The notes: a model not told the origin generated them from the sequence alone. 32,339 bases of DNA from an uncultured Clostridia bacterium (GCA_947628575.1 CANRAK010000003.1:1-32339), one strand, 5' to 3'; counted from the stretch's first letter, positions 9,401 to 18,002 are shown. Numbers and translations: made by a program.

Positions 9401-11119
9401 GTAGGCCTAAAAGGAGTAGAATTTGAACTTATAGCTGCAGAAGATATTACAACACCAGATGGAACAGTAAGATATACAAATGGACAAGTTGTATCAACTG
9501 TAGTAACAGGAGAAGATGGTATAGCAAGAACAGAAGAAGTATATTTAGGAAAATATAAACTAAGAGAAGTATCATCAGTAAATGGATATGTTTTAGATAC
9601 ACAACCAATAGATTTAGATATACAGTATACAAACGATAAAGAAAAAGTACAATTAGTACATGTAGATAAAGAAAATAAAAAACAAAGTGTAAAATTAAGC
9701 TTTGAGAAGATATTTAAAGAGTTAGAAACTTCAAAATTTAAATTTACAAATAAAGAAGCTATATTTGGAATATATACAAAAAATAATGTAGTAAATTATA
9801 AAAATGAGAATACACTAGGAATGGATGAACTAGTAGATATAATAAAAACAGATGAAAATAATATGGTAAAAAATACAGTAGAACTACCAGTAGGGCAATA
9901 CTATGTAAAAGAGTTATATGTTTCAAATCCATATGGAAAATTAACAGATGAATATGAATTTGAAGTAGCATATAAAGATACATTAGATAAAGATATACAA
10001 GTAACAGTAAATAATGGAAAGATAGAAAATATAGCAAAGACAGCAAAATTAAGACTAATTAAATTCTCAGATGAAGATTATAAAAATCTAGAAATAGCAG
10101 ATATAAAGGATAATGAGAAGATAAAAGAGCTTTCAGAAGAATATGGTGTAAAAGATGCAACATATAAAGTGTATAATGATAAAGAATGTAAAGACCCAGT
10201 AATTACAAACGAAGATGTAGAAGCAGAATTTACAACAGATGAAAACGGACAAATATATATTGAAGATATGCCATATGGAACATATTACTTTAAAGAGTCA
10301 AAATCTCCATTTGGATATGAATTATCTAGTGAAGTAATAAAAGTAGAGATAAATGATACAAATACAAACTCTGAAATAGTAAAAGTAGTAAAAGACAAAT
10401 TAAAAAGAGCAAAACTACTTAAAAAATACGACTCATTTACAAAAGACATAATAAAAGGAGTAGAGTTTGAAATTACAGATAAAGAAGGAAATGTAGTATA
10501 TAGTGCAAAAACAGATGAAAAAGGAATAGTAAGTGTACCAATAATATACTTTAAAAATGGAGAAACATATTACTATCAAGAAAAAAAAGTAGCAAAACAA
10601 TATGAACTAGATAAAGAAAAACACGAATTTACTGCAAAATATGATGAAGAGACATGTAAATGGAACTTAGATACAATACAAGTAGATAATAATAGAAAAA
10701 CAATAGATGAGCTAATAGTAAGAAAGACAGATAGAGAAACAGGCGAACTATTAGAAGGATGTAAATTTACAATAGTATTATTAGACGAAAATGGCGAAGA
10801 ATATGTAAACGAAAATGGAGATAAAATATATCTAGTAGAAGATGGAGTAACAAACGAAAAAGGAGAATATGTAATAAAAGACGTACCATATGGAACATAT
10901 AAATTTGTAGAGATAACACCACCAGAAGGATATGAACTAGACGAAGATATAACAGGACTAGTATTTACAGTAGATGAGAATACAGGAGATACATTAATAT
11001 TTGAAGTAACAAACACAGGAGATATAGCAGTAATAGCACTTGTATGTGTAGCAGTAGTATCTGTTATAGGAATAGTATATGTGATATTAAAAAATAGAAA
11101 GAAAAACAAGGAAAAATAA
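6470..11119 (+). CDS. Large cell-surface adhesin: signal peptide, N-terminal head, isopeptide-forming domain, MucBP domain, multiple SpaA/CnaB (prealbumin-like) repeats and a C-terminal TM anchor
   Basis: Signal peptide ending VQA. PVKKVDK..GDKIKYTV..NSA..SNSV isopeptide-type domain (~7271-7680). MucBP-like VIVHHVN..G..Y.T...EVYGYKL..G......EVTYTY (~7688-7879). About 8 repeats of K.D....GAKF/GVEF...G.Y...E..AP.GY. Ends with TGD, a hydrophobic helix and KNRKKNKEK. Confidence 0.88.
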   Translation: MRKIKVILSIIVMTAIILIGKNNEVQAYRSITSQELFEASTFDTLNLNYTSLPNISVTGSTPYNVVNDAGRRYINFTNSAGQTLNATVTAAFNNCGTLNGRAIDMRLVYSDIVTSGANAYLYWTAFGTNMASANEWWYNCVEHMKIEIYFYYHGENTPIQLKNAFLSIYSEDQDEGASSTTSVEEFIYTQTNMRHANSYHSPVTNRTYSDVFYGIASGSTEAGSLNCVAFQYKDTNHLTVELYGLNAKVGIGYHLQYIPLTATLPSDPVKKVDKTESKLGDKIKYTVEQRISMRFDNAFHYSSLVFTDNLNSNLTYDSLKVYNENGVDVTSSAGNVTYNGATNIVTYTFNAAYLQNTMKYTGELYKFEINTTVKNSSTENPLQNSARTAINGAYNLDSNSVSTTLKSRVIVHHVNKLGVKIADDVIINGNLLDTYTTDPVEVYGYKLVENSGNTSGTMVKNDTEVTYTYDLIRVNIDLDKYLEKTDSTPRQVLKGAKFRVKVVEFPEKVALANPDEEYFSVEEGADGHYVVKGVPYGDYKFSEVTIPDVAYDGIYYLNGGEDRLKEFDITVNAEKAYSYELEDVAKKMQITIYKQDKDTQNNVQGDAHLEGAKYGIYRNEDCTDLVEELTIQKEELPSGDVEYKAVSGWYLVGTYYVKETEAPEGYLIDENVYTVEQIPSEQTEEKTSHSITSKDEVMKGLVTVIKYDNNSKSSQKNPAEGAKLRLTLDSNPDVYYEAIIDQYGYLEFVDEETRDEYYPYTIPYGVYTIEEIESSNSGETIFIKPQKTEIKYDKQTQEYILSDEYIRLRLTIQKQDTETKKPIPEGAKFKIWNVNTQSWYEDVTAFGRITEFTTNSEGQITINGHLEAGNYVLYETKAPEGYYLDENLREGSKGYEFRVSVNKKGEVVVRHNDEEEVLEYDEELFDNIPSRVHKYTANVDNMPQKAVVEVLKTADQFTKVESKNTEYGEVKTPIFEKVGLKGVEFELIAAEDITTPDGTVRYTNGQVVSTVVTGEDGIARTEEVYLGKYKLREVSSVNGYVLDTQPIDLDIQYTNDKEKVQLVHVDKENKKQSVKLSFEKIFKELETSKFKFTNKEAIFGIYTKNNVVNYKNENTLGMDELVDIIKTDENNMVKNTVELPVGQYYVKELYVSNPYGKLTDEYEFEVAYKDTLDKDIQVTVNNGKIENIAKTAKLRLIKFSDEDYKNLEIADIKDNEKIKELSEEYGVKDATYKVYNDKECKDPVITNEDVEAEFTTDENGQIYIEDMPYGTYYFKESKSPFGYELSSEVIKVEINDTNTNSEIVKVVKDKLKRAKLLKKYDSFTKDIIKGVEFEITDKEGNVVYSAKTDEKGIVSVPIIYFKNGETYYYQEKKVAKQYELDKEKHEFTAKYDEETCKWNLDTIQVDNNRKTIDELIVRKTDRETGELLEGCKFTIVLLDENGEEYVNENGDKIYLVEDGVTNEKGEYVIKDVPYGTYKFVEITPPEGYELDEDITGLVFTVDENTGDTLIFEVTNTGDIAVIALVCVAVVSVIGIVYVILKNRKKNKEK

Positions 11120-11141
11120 AGAAAACAAGAAAAAAATTAAA

Positions 11142-11179
11142 AAATAAAACGGAGGTACTTATGTAACTCCGCTTTATTT
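11142..11179 (+). terminator. Probable terminator after the adhesin
   Basis: Imperfect hairpin AAATAAAaCGGAGgTAC-ttat-GTAaCTCCGcTTTATTT. Confidence 0.65.
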
Positions 11180-11231
11180 AGGAAATACAGTAAATAAAGC
11201 TATTTAATATATTAAATATGGAGGTATAATA

Positions 11232-12065
11232 ATGAAAATTTATCCTAAAACTAGTAGAAATTTTGAAGGATTAGATAAAATGGAAAAGTATGTAAAAAAG
11301 TATAAAGGTGTTGAATTGCAGTATTTTGATGAGAATGGTATAATGGCCGAATTTGATTTAAAAACACCAGTAGAAAAGCTTATGGAAATGTATCCATATA
11401 TAGAAGAGGTTACCATACATCCACCTTTATCATTTTATGATATAGAATGTATTATGCTAAAAGATATTAATATAATAAAAAAGCAGTTAAAAGATGTAGT
11501 AATGCTATCTAGAAAATATAATATTCATATAAATTTACTATATCATACTGAATGGGGATATAAGAAGCATTTTGAAGCAACAATAGATAAGTTTAAAGAG
11601 ATATTGACAATAATAGAAGGAGAAAATGTATATCTTATATTAGAAAACATATATATGTTCTTTGAAGATAAGTGTAGTGTATTTGAAGTAGCAAATCGTA
11701 TCAATCATCCAAATCTTAAAGTTTGTTTTGATATATGCCATTTATATTGTAGAGCTAATATTGAAAGAACAAATGTAGAAGAATATGCAAGTAGATATTT
11801 AGACCCAAATTTATGTAAAAAGTATATACATCAAGTACATTTTTCAGATACATTAGATAATGATGGGTATATAAAAAGAAGTACACATGGAAAGTTACAT
11901 AGAAATATTGAGCAACTAAAATTTGACTTAAATCTTTTGAAAAAATATAATATGTATGAGTGTAATTATATTACAGAAATATCTGAGGAAGATTATAGTG
12001 CAAGAGTTGACCAATTAAAAGAGCTAGAAATGCTAGAGCAGGTTGTAAACAATAAAGAAGAATAA
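11232..12065 (+). CDS. Xylose-isomerase-like / AP-endonuclease-2 TIM-barrel metalloprotein
   Basis: Metal-ligand pattern TIHPP, LENI, FDICH, HFSD, H..LH, TEI. RBS GGAGG. Confidence 0.7.
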   Translation: MKIYPKTSRNFEGLDKMEKYVKKYKGVELQYFDENGIMAEFDLKTPVEKLMEMYPYIEEVTIHPPLSFYDIECIMLKDINIIKKQLKDVVMLSRKYNIHINLLYHTEWGYKKHFEATIDKFKEILTIIEGENVYLILENIYMFFEDKCSVFEVANRINHPNLKVCFDICHLYCRANIERTNVEEYASRYLDPNLCKKYIHQVHFSDTLDNDGYIKRSTHGKLHRNIEQLKFDLNLLKKYNMYECNYITEISEEDYSARVDQLKELEMLEQVVNNKEE

Positions 12066-12095
12066 AAAATAATAGCCAAGTCGGCTATTATTTTT
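12065..12095. terminator. Bidirectional intrinsic terminator
   Basis: Perfect 13-bp inverted repeat AAAAATAATAGCC-aagtc-GGCTATTATTTTT between convergent genes. Confidence 0.85.
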
Positions 12096-13833
12096 CTTTC
12101 TTTTCATTTTCAAGTATTTTCTCGATTTCTTTAAATCTCTTTACTTTTTCAGTAGTTGTTTTAATCATTTCTTCATCTGTTAAGAATAGTTTTTTAATAT
12201 ATTTATATGTTGGAAGTGTTTGGTTAATTTGCTTTATGTCATTCCAAACAATTTTATATAGATCATCATAAGGAATATCGTTCATTTGGTTTTTAACATA
12301 CTCTTTATTATATGTTATTTCGACTGATACTACTAAGTCATCATCTTTTGGATATCCAAATACCATAGACTCAGAAACATAAGGTAGGTTATTTATTAGT
12401 ATTTCAAGTTCTTCGGGAAATATTTTTTTACCATTTTTAAGTACAATTAAGTTCTTTTTTCTACCTGTTATAACTAGGAAGTTATCTTTATCAAAATAAC
12501 CTAAATCACCAGTATAGAACCAGCCATCTTTTAAAACTTCTTTTGTAGCTTCTTCATTTTCGTAATATCCAAGCATAACATTTGGTCCTTTAGCTTTAAT
12601 TTCACCAATACCATTATTATCTGGAGAATCTATCTCAATATCTACACTATAAACAGGTTTTCCAACAGTTCCCTCACGCATATTTTTAATATTTTCAGCT
12701 GCTATAACAGGGGATGTTTCAGTAAGTCCATATCCTTGTAATGGTATTATACCGAAAGCTTTAAATCCTTTTGCTACATCTTTATCTAGAGCAGCAGCAC
12801 CGCTTATAACAAAACGTATATGTCCACCAAGCTGATCTAACACTTGTTTAAATATTTTCCTACGTACATCAATTCCAAGTTTAAGTAATGTACCACTTAT
12901 AATTTTACCAAATTTAATAACTTTTTCTTTTTTTTGTTTTTTTACTTCAGTAAGTATCTTTTTATACATAGCTTCAAGTATTAAAGGAACACATACAAAT
13001 ACAGATACTTTATATTCAGCTAGATTTTTTTGTACATATTTTAGTCCATCACAAAATGTTGTACAAACTCCATTATGTAGAAATAGTAATAATGCAGTAG
13101 AACCAAATGTATGATGAAATGGTAAAAATGCTAGTGATACGTCAGTATCATAAAACTCTATCATACAATCTAGAGAGTATATATTAGATAAAATATTATC
13201 TTGAGATAACATAACTGCTTTAGAAAGTGATGTAGTACCAGATGTAAATAGTATAACACTCATTTCTTTTGTGTTTACTTTGTAATCATATATATCTGTT
13301 TTTCCAGCTTTAAGCTCAGCCTTTCCACTTTCCATTACTTCTTTTATTGTTGTATAATTATCTTCATTTTCTCTCATACAAATAAATTCTGTTAAGCTAG
13401 TACTTTTTCTACTTTTTATATTGTTAATAATATCTATGTAATTACTATCAAAGACAATACAATCAGCTTTACTTCTTGCAAGTGATGATTCAATTTCATC
13501 TTCTTTTAATCCTTTATCTAAAGGAACTACTATACCTACAGAAGAAAGTATACTTACAAAAGTAAGGGCCCATTCGTAGCTGTTTTTGCCAATTATAGCT
13601 ATTCTTTTATGCATAAGGCCTAATTTTACTAATCCTTGTGAAAAGTTGTTTACATCGTCTTTTAAATCGTTATATGTAATGTATTTGTATTTTGGATCTT
13701 TTTCAACTTTTTCTTTAATTATAAAAGCATTTTTATCTTTAAATTTTTCTGCGCTATCTTCAAGTAACTCTCTAAAACTATTTAATTTTTTCGAGTTATC
13801 ATATACTTTAATATCATTTCTCATTTTTTTCAC
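12088..13833 (-). CDS. Long-chain-fatty-acid--CoA ligase (AMP-binding family)
   Basis: FTSGTTS..KAVML, LPFHH, QGYGLTETSP, GWFYTGDLG and GRKKN.I...NGK.I.PEELE. Confidence 0.9.
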   Translation of the reverse strand: MKKMRNDIKVYDNSKKLNSFRELLEDSAEKFKDKNAFIIKEKVEKDPKYKYITYNDLKDDVNNFSQGLVKLGLMHKRIAIIGKNSYEWALTFVSILSSVGIVVPLDKGLKEDEIESSLARSKADCIVFDSNYIDIINNIKSRKSTSLTEFICMRENEDNYTTIKEVMESGKAELKAGKTDIYDYKVNTKEMSVILFTSGTTSLSKAVMLSQDNILSNIYSLDCMIEFYDTDVSLAFLPFHHTFGSTALLLFLHNGVCTTFCDGLKYVQKNLAEYKVSVFVCVPLILEAMYKKILTEVKKQKKEKVIKFGKIISGTLLKLGIDVRRKIFKQVLDQLGGHIRFVISGAAALDKDVAKGFKAFGIIPLQGYGLTETSPVIAAENIKNMREGTVGKPVYSVDIEIDSPDNNGIGEIKAKGPNVMLGYYENEEATKEVLKDGWFYTGDLGYFDKDNFLVITGRKKNLIVLKNGKKIFPEELEILINNLPYVSESMVFGYPKDDDLVVSVEITYNKEYVKNQMNDIPYDDLYKIVWNDIKQINQTLPTYKYIKKLFLTDEEMIKTTTEKVKRFKEIEKILENEKKEK

Positions 13834-13852
13834 CTCAAATGTTTATACCTCA

Positions 13853-13881
13853 ATTATATTTTAAAGAAGTAAGAAAGTCAA
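13853..13881 (-). promoter_or_regulatory. Sigma-A promoter for the acyl-CoA ligase
   Basis: On the minus strand: TTGACT (13881-13876), 17 bp, TATAAT (13858-13853). Confidence 0.7.
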
Positions 13882-13900
13882 TCGAATAAGCGGTCAAATA

Positions 13901-13929
13901 TTGTATATTACCGTATTTTATGATAATAT
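13901..13929 (+). promoter_or_regulatory. Candidate sigma-A promoter for hisC-pheA
   Basis: TTGTAT, 17 bp, TAATAT with an extended -10 TG at 13921-13922. Confidence 0.5.
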
Positions 13930-13953
13930 ATTTTTGTTAAAAGGGAGGATATA

Positions 13954-15024
13954 ATGAAAGTAAGAGAATGTTTAGAAAATGTATTACCATATGTACCTGG
14001 TAAAACCGAGCAAGAAATAAAAGAGGAATTTAATCTAGAAAAAGTAGCAAAACTTGCTTCAAATGAAAATCCATATGGACCATCTGTAAAGGTAAAAGAA
14101 ATACTAAATATGGAGACTAATGTATATCCAGATAATTATATGAATGATATAAGAGAAAAAGTATGCGAAAAGTTAAGTGTAGATAAAGATTGTGTATTAT
14201 TTGGTAATGGCTCTGTAGAAATTATCCAGATGATATCACGTGTATTCTTAGATGCAAAGGATAATATAATTACACAAATTCCATCTTTTTCTAGCTATTT
14301 TTCTGAAGCAATGATACAAGGAGCTAATGTAAAAACTATAAAGTATAATAGTGAATATAACTTTAATTTAGATGAAATGTTACCACTAATAGATGATAAT
14401 ACTAAAATAATATATATAACTAATCCTAATAATCCACTTGGAACATTTATACCAGCAGATATTTTAGAGGAATTTATCCAAAAAGTTCCTAGCAATATCC
14501 TTATTGTAGTGGATGAAGCATATTATGAATTTGTAAGAGATGAGTCATATAAAAGTGCAATACAATTTTGTAAAAAGTATAGTAATGTATGTGTACTAAG
14601 GACTTTTTCAAAAGCTTATGCACTTGCAGCACTAAGAATTGGATATATAGTTGCAAGTAAGGATGTTATTAAAAACTTAGAAAAGGTAAGAGTACCATTT
14701 AATGTTTCTTCAACCGCACAAAAATGTGCTATAGCAGCACTAGAAGATAATGATTATATGCAAGAGACAGTAAGTAATATTCATGATACTATAGATTATA
14801 TGTATGAAAAACTAGATGAGCTAAATATTGAGTATATTAAAACGCAAGCAAACTTTATTATGGTTAATGTAGGAAAGAAATCTAGTGAAGTAGTAAAGAG
14901 GCTATTAGAGCTAGGATATATAGTAAGGGACGGGTTCCCTCTTATGGATACATGGATTAGAGTTAGTATAGGAACACTTGGGCAAATGCAAGACTTTATT
15001 AAAGCATTAGAGGAGGTATTATAA
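13954..15024 (+). CDS. hisC: Histidinol-phosphate/aromatic amino acid aminotransferase (PLP-dependent)
   Basis: PYVPGK, KLASNENPYGPS, YPD, GNGS, NPNNP.G, DEAYYEF and RTFSKAY.LA.LRIGY (PLP lysine). Confidence 0.93.
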   Translation: MKVRECLENVLPYVPGKTEQEIKEEFNLEKVAKLASNENPYGPSVKVKEILNMETNVYPDNYMNDIREKVCEKLSVDKDCVLFGNGSVEIIQMISRVFLDAKDNIITQIPSFSSYFSEAMIQGANVKTIKYNSEYNFNLDEMLPLIDDNTKIIYITNPNNPLGTFIPADILEEFIQKVPSNILIVVDEAYYEFVRDESYKSAIQFCKKYSNVCVLRTFSKAYALAALRIGYIVASKDVIKNLEKVRVPFNVSSTAQKCAIAALEDNDYMQETVSNIHDTIDYMYEKLDELNIEYIKTQANFIMVNVGKKSSEVVKRLLELGYIVRDGFPLMDTWIRVSIGTLGQMQDFIKALEEVL

Positions 15025-15818
15025 TGAAAGTTGGATATTTAGGGCCTAAAGGTTCTTATTCTTATGAGGCAGTTCAAAAGTATATAGGTGCTGAAGATAA
15101 TATTTTAGAATACGATACAATAACTAAAGTTATAAACGCATTAGAGGAAGATAAAATAGAGACTTGTGTAGTACCACTTGAAAATGTTATACATGGAAGT
15201 GTAGTTGATACACTAGACTGTATATTAGAATATAAAGATATATACATTGTAAATGAACTAATTGTAGATATAAATCATGTACTAATGGCTAAGACTAAAG
15301 ATACAAGAGTTGCTAGAATATACTCACATCCACAAGCTCTAGCACAATGCAGAAAATTTCTAAATGAGCAATACTTTAATATAGAACAAGTTGCTGTATC
15401 TAGTACATCTCAAGCAGCTTCACTTGCTGCAAAAGAGAGTGGTACTGCTTGTATTTGCAATATGGGATGCAAAGATTTATATGATTTAGAAATATTAAAT
15501 AGCAATATTCAAGATATAAAAGATAATAAAACAAAATTTATTGTCTTATCTAAAAATAAAAATAAAGAGGCTAAAAGTAAAACAAGTCTTGTTTTCTCTA
15601 CAATGAATGAACCTGGTGCATTATATAAAATATTAGGATTATTTTCACTTTCAGATATAAATTTAACTAGAATAGAGTCTAGACCTGCTAAAACAAAACT
15701 TGGTGAGTATATGTTCTTTGTAGATATAGATGGAGATGAAAATGAAGAAAGAATAAAAAAGACATTTGATATGATAAAAGATTTTTGCAGTGAATTTAGA
15801 ATATTAGGCTCATATTAA
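15024..15818 (+). CDS. pheA: Monofunctional prephenate dehydratase with ACT domain
   Basis: YLGPKGSYS, VPLEN, SHPQALAQC, SSTS.AA, IQD...N.TKF, PGAL and LTRIESRP. No chorismate mutase domain. Confidence 0.93.
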   Translation: MKVGYLGPKGSYSYEAVQKYIGAEDNILEYDTITKVINALEEDKIETCVVPLENVIHGSVVDTLDCILEYKDIYIVNELIVDINHVLMAKTKDTRVARIYSHPQALAQCRKFLNEQYFNIEQVAVSSTSQAASLAAKESGTACICNMGCKDLYDLEILNSNIQDIKDNKTKFIVLSKNKNKEAKSKTSLVFSTMNEPGALYKILGLFSLSDINLTRIESRPAKTKLGEYMFFVDIDGDENEERIKKTFDMIKDFCSEFRILGSY

Positions 15819-15843
15819 TTTTTCAAAAGTTAGATAAAATATA

Positions 15844-15872
15844 TTGATTATAAAAAAACGATGAGATATAAT
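15844..15872 (+). promoter_or_regulatory. Sigma-A promoter
   Basis: TTGATT, 17 bp, TATAAT. Confidence 0.6.
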
Positions 15873-15885
15873 TGTCTATAAGGGA

Positions 15886-16455
15886 ATGGGATTATGTATG
15901 AAAAAAAATAGTGAAAAGAAAAAGATGAATTTTCTATTAAAAGCACTTATTTATATTGGTGTATTGCTATTGATATTTGTTGTAACAATTCTAGGAACAA
16001 AATATTATTTTTATGATAGCGACAGCGCTATTAAAAAAACAGACTTATCTGCAGTAAGTGTAGATGATATTAAATTAGGTCAGAATATAAATGATGTTGA
16101 CTTAACAAAATATACAGCTACAGAAAATGTTGTGGATAATTGTAACTATAATTTTGAGGAACTAAGTATAAAAACAGACTCTAAAGGAGAAATAGAGTAT
16201 ATAAATGCAAATTATAGGAAAGTAAAATTATATGTAGGTCAAGAGGAAAATGTAGAAATAGATAGAGTAAATAAAATATGGGAAATATTAGGAAGTAATT
16301 ATGATACTAAAATGTATAAAGAAAAGGAAAATAATTATTGGAAAATTGCAAAGTATGTAGATACAGAAAATGATATATACTTAGGACTAGTATACTCTAG
16401 ATTTAATAATGAAATGATTAATGTTATTTTATCTAATAAGAAAATTAAAGAATAG
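15886..16455 (+). CDS. Hypothetical membrane-anchored extracytoplasmic protein
   Basis: Basic N-terminus, one hydrophobic helix, then a polar domain. The start may be 15898. Confidence 0.7.
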   Translation: MGLCMKKNSEKKKMNFLLKALIYIGVLLLIFVVTILGTKYYFYDSDSAIKKTDLSAVSVDDIKLGQNINDVDLTKYTATENVVDNCNYNFEELSIKTDSKGEIEYINANYRKVKLYVGQEENVEIDRVNKIWEILGSNYDTKMYKEKENNYWKIAKYVDTENDIYLGLVYSRFNNEMINVILSNKKIKE

Positions 16456-16458
16456 TGC

Positions 16459-16500
16459 AAAAATAGGTAAGAGTACAACATAACTCTTATCTATTTTTTT
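16459..16500 (+). terminator. Intrinsic terminator
   Basis: AAAAATAGGTAAGAGT, 8-nt loop, ACTCTTATCTATTTTT, then further Ts. Confidence 0.75.
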
Positions 16501-16501
16501 C

Positions 16502-16530
16502 TTGCATTTTAATAAAAACTGTGGTATATT
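16502..16530 (+). promoter_or_regulatory. Sigma-A promoter
   Basis: TTGCAT, 17 bp, TATATT with an extended -10 TG. Confidence 0.6.
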
Positions 16531-16547
16531 TACACAGGAAGTGAGGT

Positions 16548-17996
16548 ATGATACTTATGAATAAAAAATATGATGTTATTGTAGTAGGTGCAGGACCTAG
16601 TGCAGTATTTCTAGCTTATGAATTAATTGAGAAAAAAAGTAATAAAAAAGTTCTACTTGTAGAACAAGGAAAAAGTGTAGATAAAAGATATTGTCCTATT
16701 GAAAAGTCTGGAAAATGTATTCATTGTAAACCAATGTGCAATATTACTTGTGGCTTTTCAGGAGCAGGCGCTTTTTCAGATGGAAAATTATCACTATATA
16801 ATAAAGAAGATGAAGATTTACATGTTGGTGGTATATTACACGAATATATTGGTGTAGATAAAACAAAAGATTTAATAGACTACACAGATAAAATATATCT
16901 AAAATTTGGTGCGGACAAGCATTTAGAAGGAACTGAATATAAAGAAGAAGTAAAAAAGATTTGTGATAAAGCTAAAAAAGAAAATATTACTTTAATAGAT
17001 ATACCAATTAGACATCTTGGAACAGAAAAAAGTCATGAATTATATTATAAAATACAAGAATATTTATTAGAACATGGTACAGATATAATGTTTGAAACTG
17101 CTGTAAAAGATCTAATAATTGAAGATAATAAGGTAAAAGGAGTTAAGGTACAAAACTCTAATGATTATATTGAAGGAAAAGAAGAATGTGAAGAAATATA
17201 TGCAGATAAAGTTGTACTAGCTGTTGGTAGAAAAGGTGCTAATTGGTTAGTAGATATGTGTGACAAACATAATATTACAACTGAGGCAGGAACTGTAGAT
17301 ATTGGTATTAGATATGAACTACCAGATAAGGTTATGGAAAAAATAAATAAATATATGTATGAAGGTAAGTTTATAGGTCGTGTTGGAAGATATAAAGATA
17401 AAGTGAGAACATTTTGTCAAAATCCAAGTGGCTTTGTTTCAACAGAAGTTTATGATAACAATATAACACTTGTTAATGGTCATTCATATAAGGAAAAGAA
17501 AAGTACTAATACAAATTTAGCGATACTTGTATCACATAACTTCAATTATCCATTTAATAAGCCAATAGATTATGGTAGAAATATAGCTAAAAATCTAAAT
17601 GAAATTGGTGCAGGAAAAATAGTTGTACAAAGACTAGGAGATATATACAGAGGAAAGAGAACATGGAAAGAAGAACTAGAAAATAACTCTGTAGTTCCAA
17701 CTTTGAAAAATGCTGAGCCTGGAGATTTAACTTTTGCTATTGGATATAGAACTATGACAAATATATTAGACTTTATACAATCTGTAGATAAAGTTGTAGA
17801 AGGCTTTGCAGCACCAGAGAACCTACTATATGGTCCAGAAATAAAGTTTTATAGTAATAAAGTAAAAATAACAAAAGACTTTGAAACTAGTGTAGAAGGA
17901 CTATATTCTATTGGAGATGGTGGCGGAATGACTAGAGGTTTAATGATGGCATCATGTTCTGGAGTACAAATGGCTAGAATAATTGAAGGAGTGTAA
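16548..17996 (+). CDS. NAD(P)/FAD-dependent oxidoreductase (COG2509-like, with Cys cluster)
   Basis: DVIVVGAGP Rossmann motif, CP.....CIHC..MC, GAGAFSDGKL, RTFCQNP.G, VNGHS and GDGGG.TRGL. Confidence 0.88.
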   Translation: MILMNKKYDVIVVGAGPSAVFLAYELIEKKSNKKVLLVEQGKSVDKRYCPIEKSGKCIHCKPMCNITCGFSGAGAFSDGKLSLYNKEDEDLHVGGILHEYIGVDKTKDLIDYTDKIYLKFGADKHLEGTEYKEEVKKICDKAKKENITLIDIPIRHLGTEKSHELYYKIQEYLLEHGTDIMFETAVKDLIIEDNKVKGVKVQNSNDYIEGKEECEEIYADKVVLAVGRKGANWLVDMCDKHNITTEAGTVDIGIRYELPDKVMEKINKYMYEGKFIGRVGRYKDKVRTFCQNPSGFVSTEVYDNNITLVNGHSYKEKKSTNTNLAILVSHNFNYPFNKPIDYGRNIAKNLNEIGAGKIVVQRLGDIYRGKRTWKEELENNSVVPTLKNAEPGDLTFAIGYRTMTNILDFIQSVDKVVEGFAAPENLLYGPEIKFYSNKVKITKDFETSVEGLYSIGDGGGMTRGLMMASCSGVQMARIIEGV

Positions 17997-18002
17997 AATA
18001 TT

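Noticed and set aside
10576-11109. 177-aa antisense ORF, and antisense ORFs at 8175, 9447 and 9759, inside the adhesin
   Set aside because: Shadow ORFs produced by the purine-rich, biased codon usage of the sense gene. Low-complexity S/F/L/Y composition and no recognisable motifs.
11098-11140. Near-tandem duplication of the adhesin's last codons (AGAAAAACAAGGAAAAATAA / AGAAAACAAGAAAAAAATTAA)
   Set aside because: It could be a slippage or recombination scar, but the sequence is low-complexity and A-rich, so it cannot be distinguished from chance.
4830-14620. Possible AGG or TGA codon reassignment, as known in some uncultured Bacillota
   Set aside because: AGG encodes conserved Arg in prfB (LYRMY) and hisC (LRTFSK), and no accepted gene has an in-frame TGA. 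CGG is too rare here to test.
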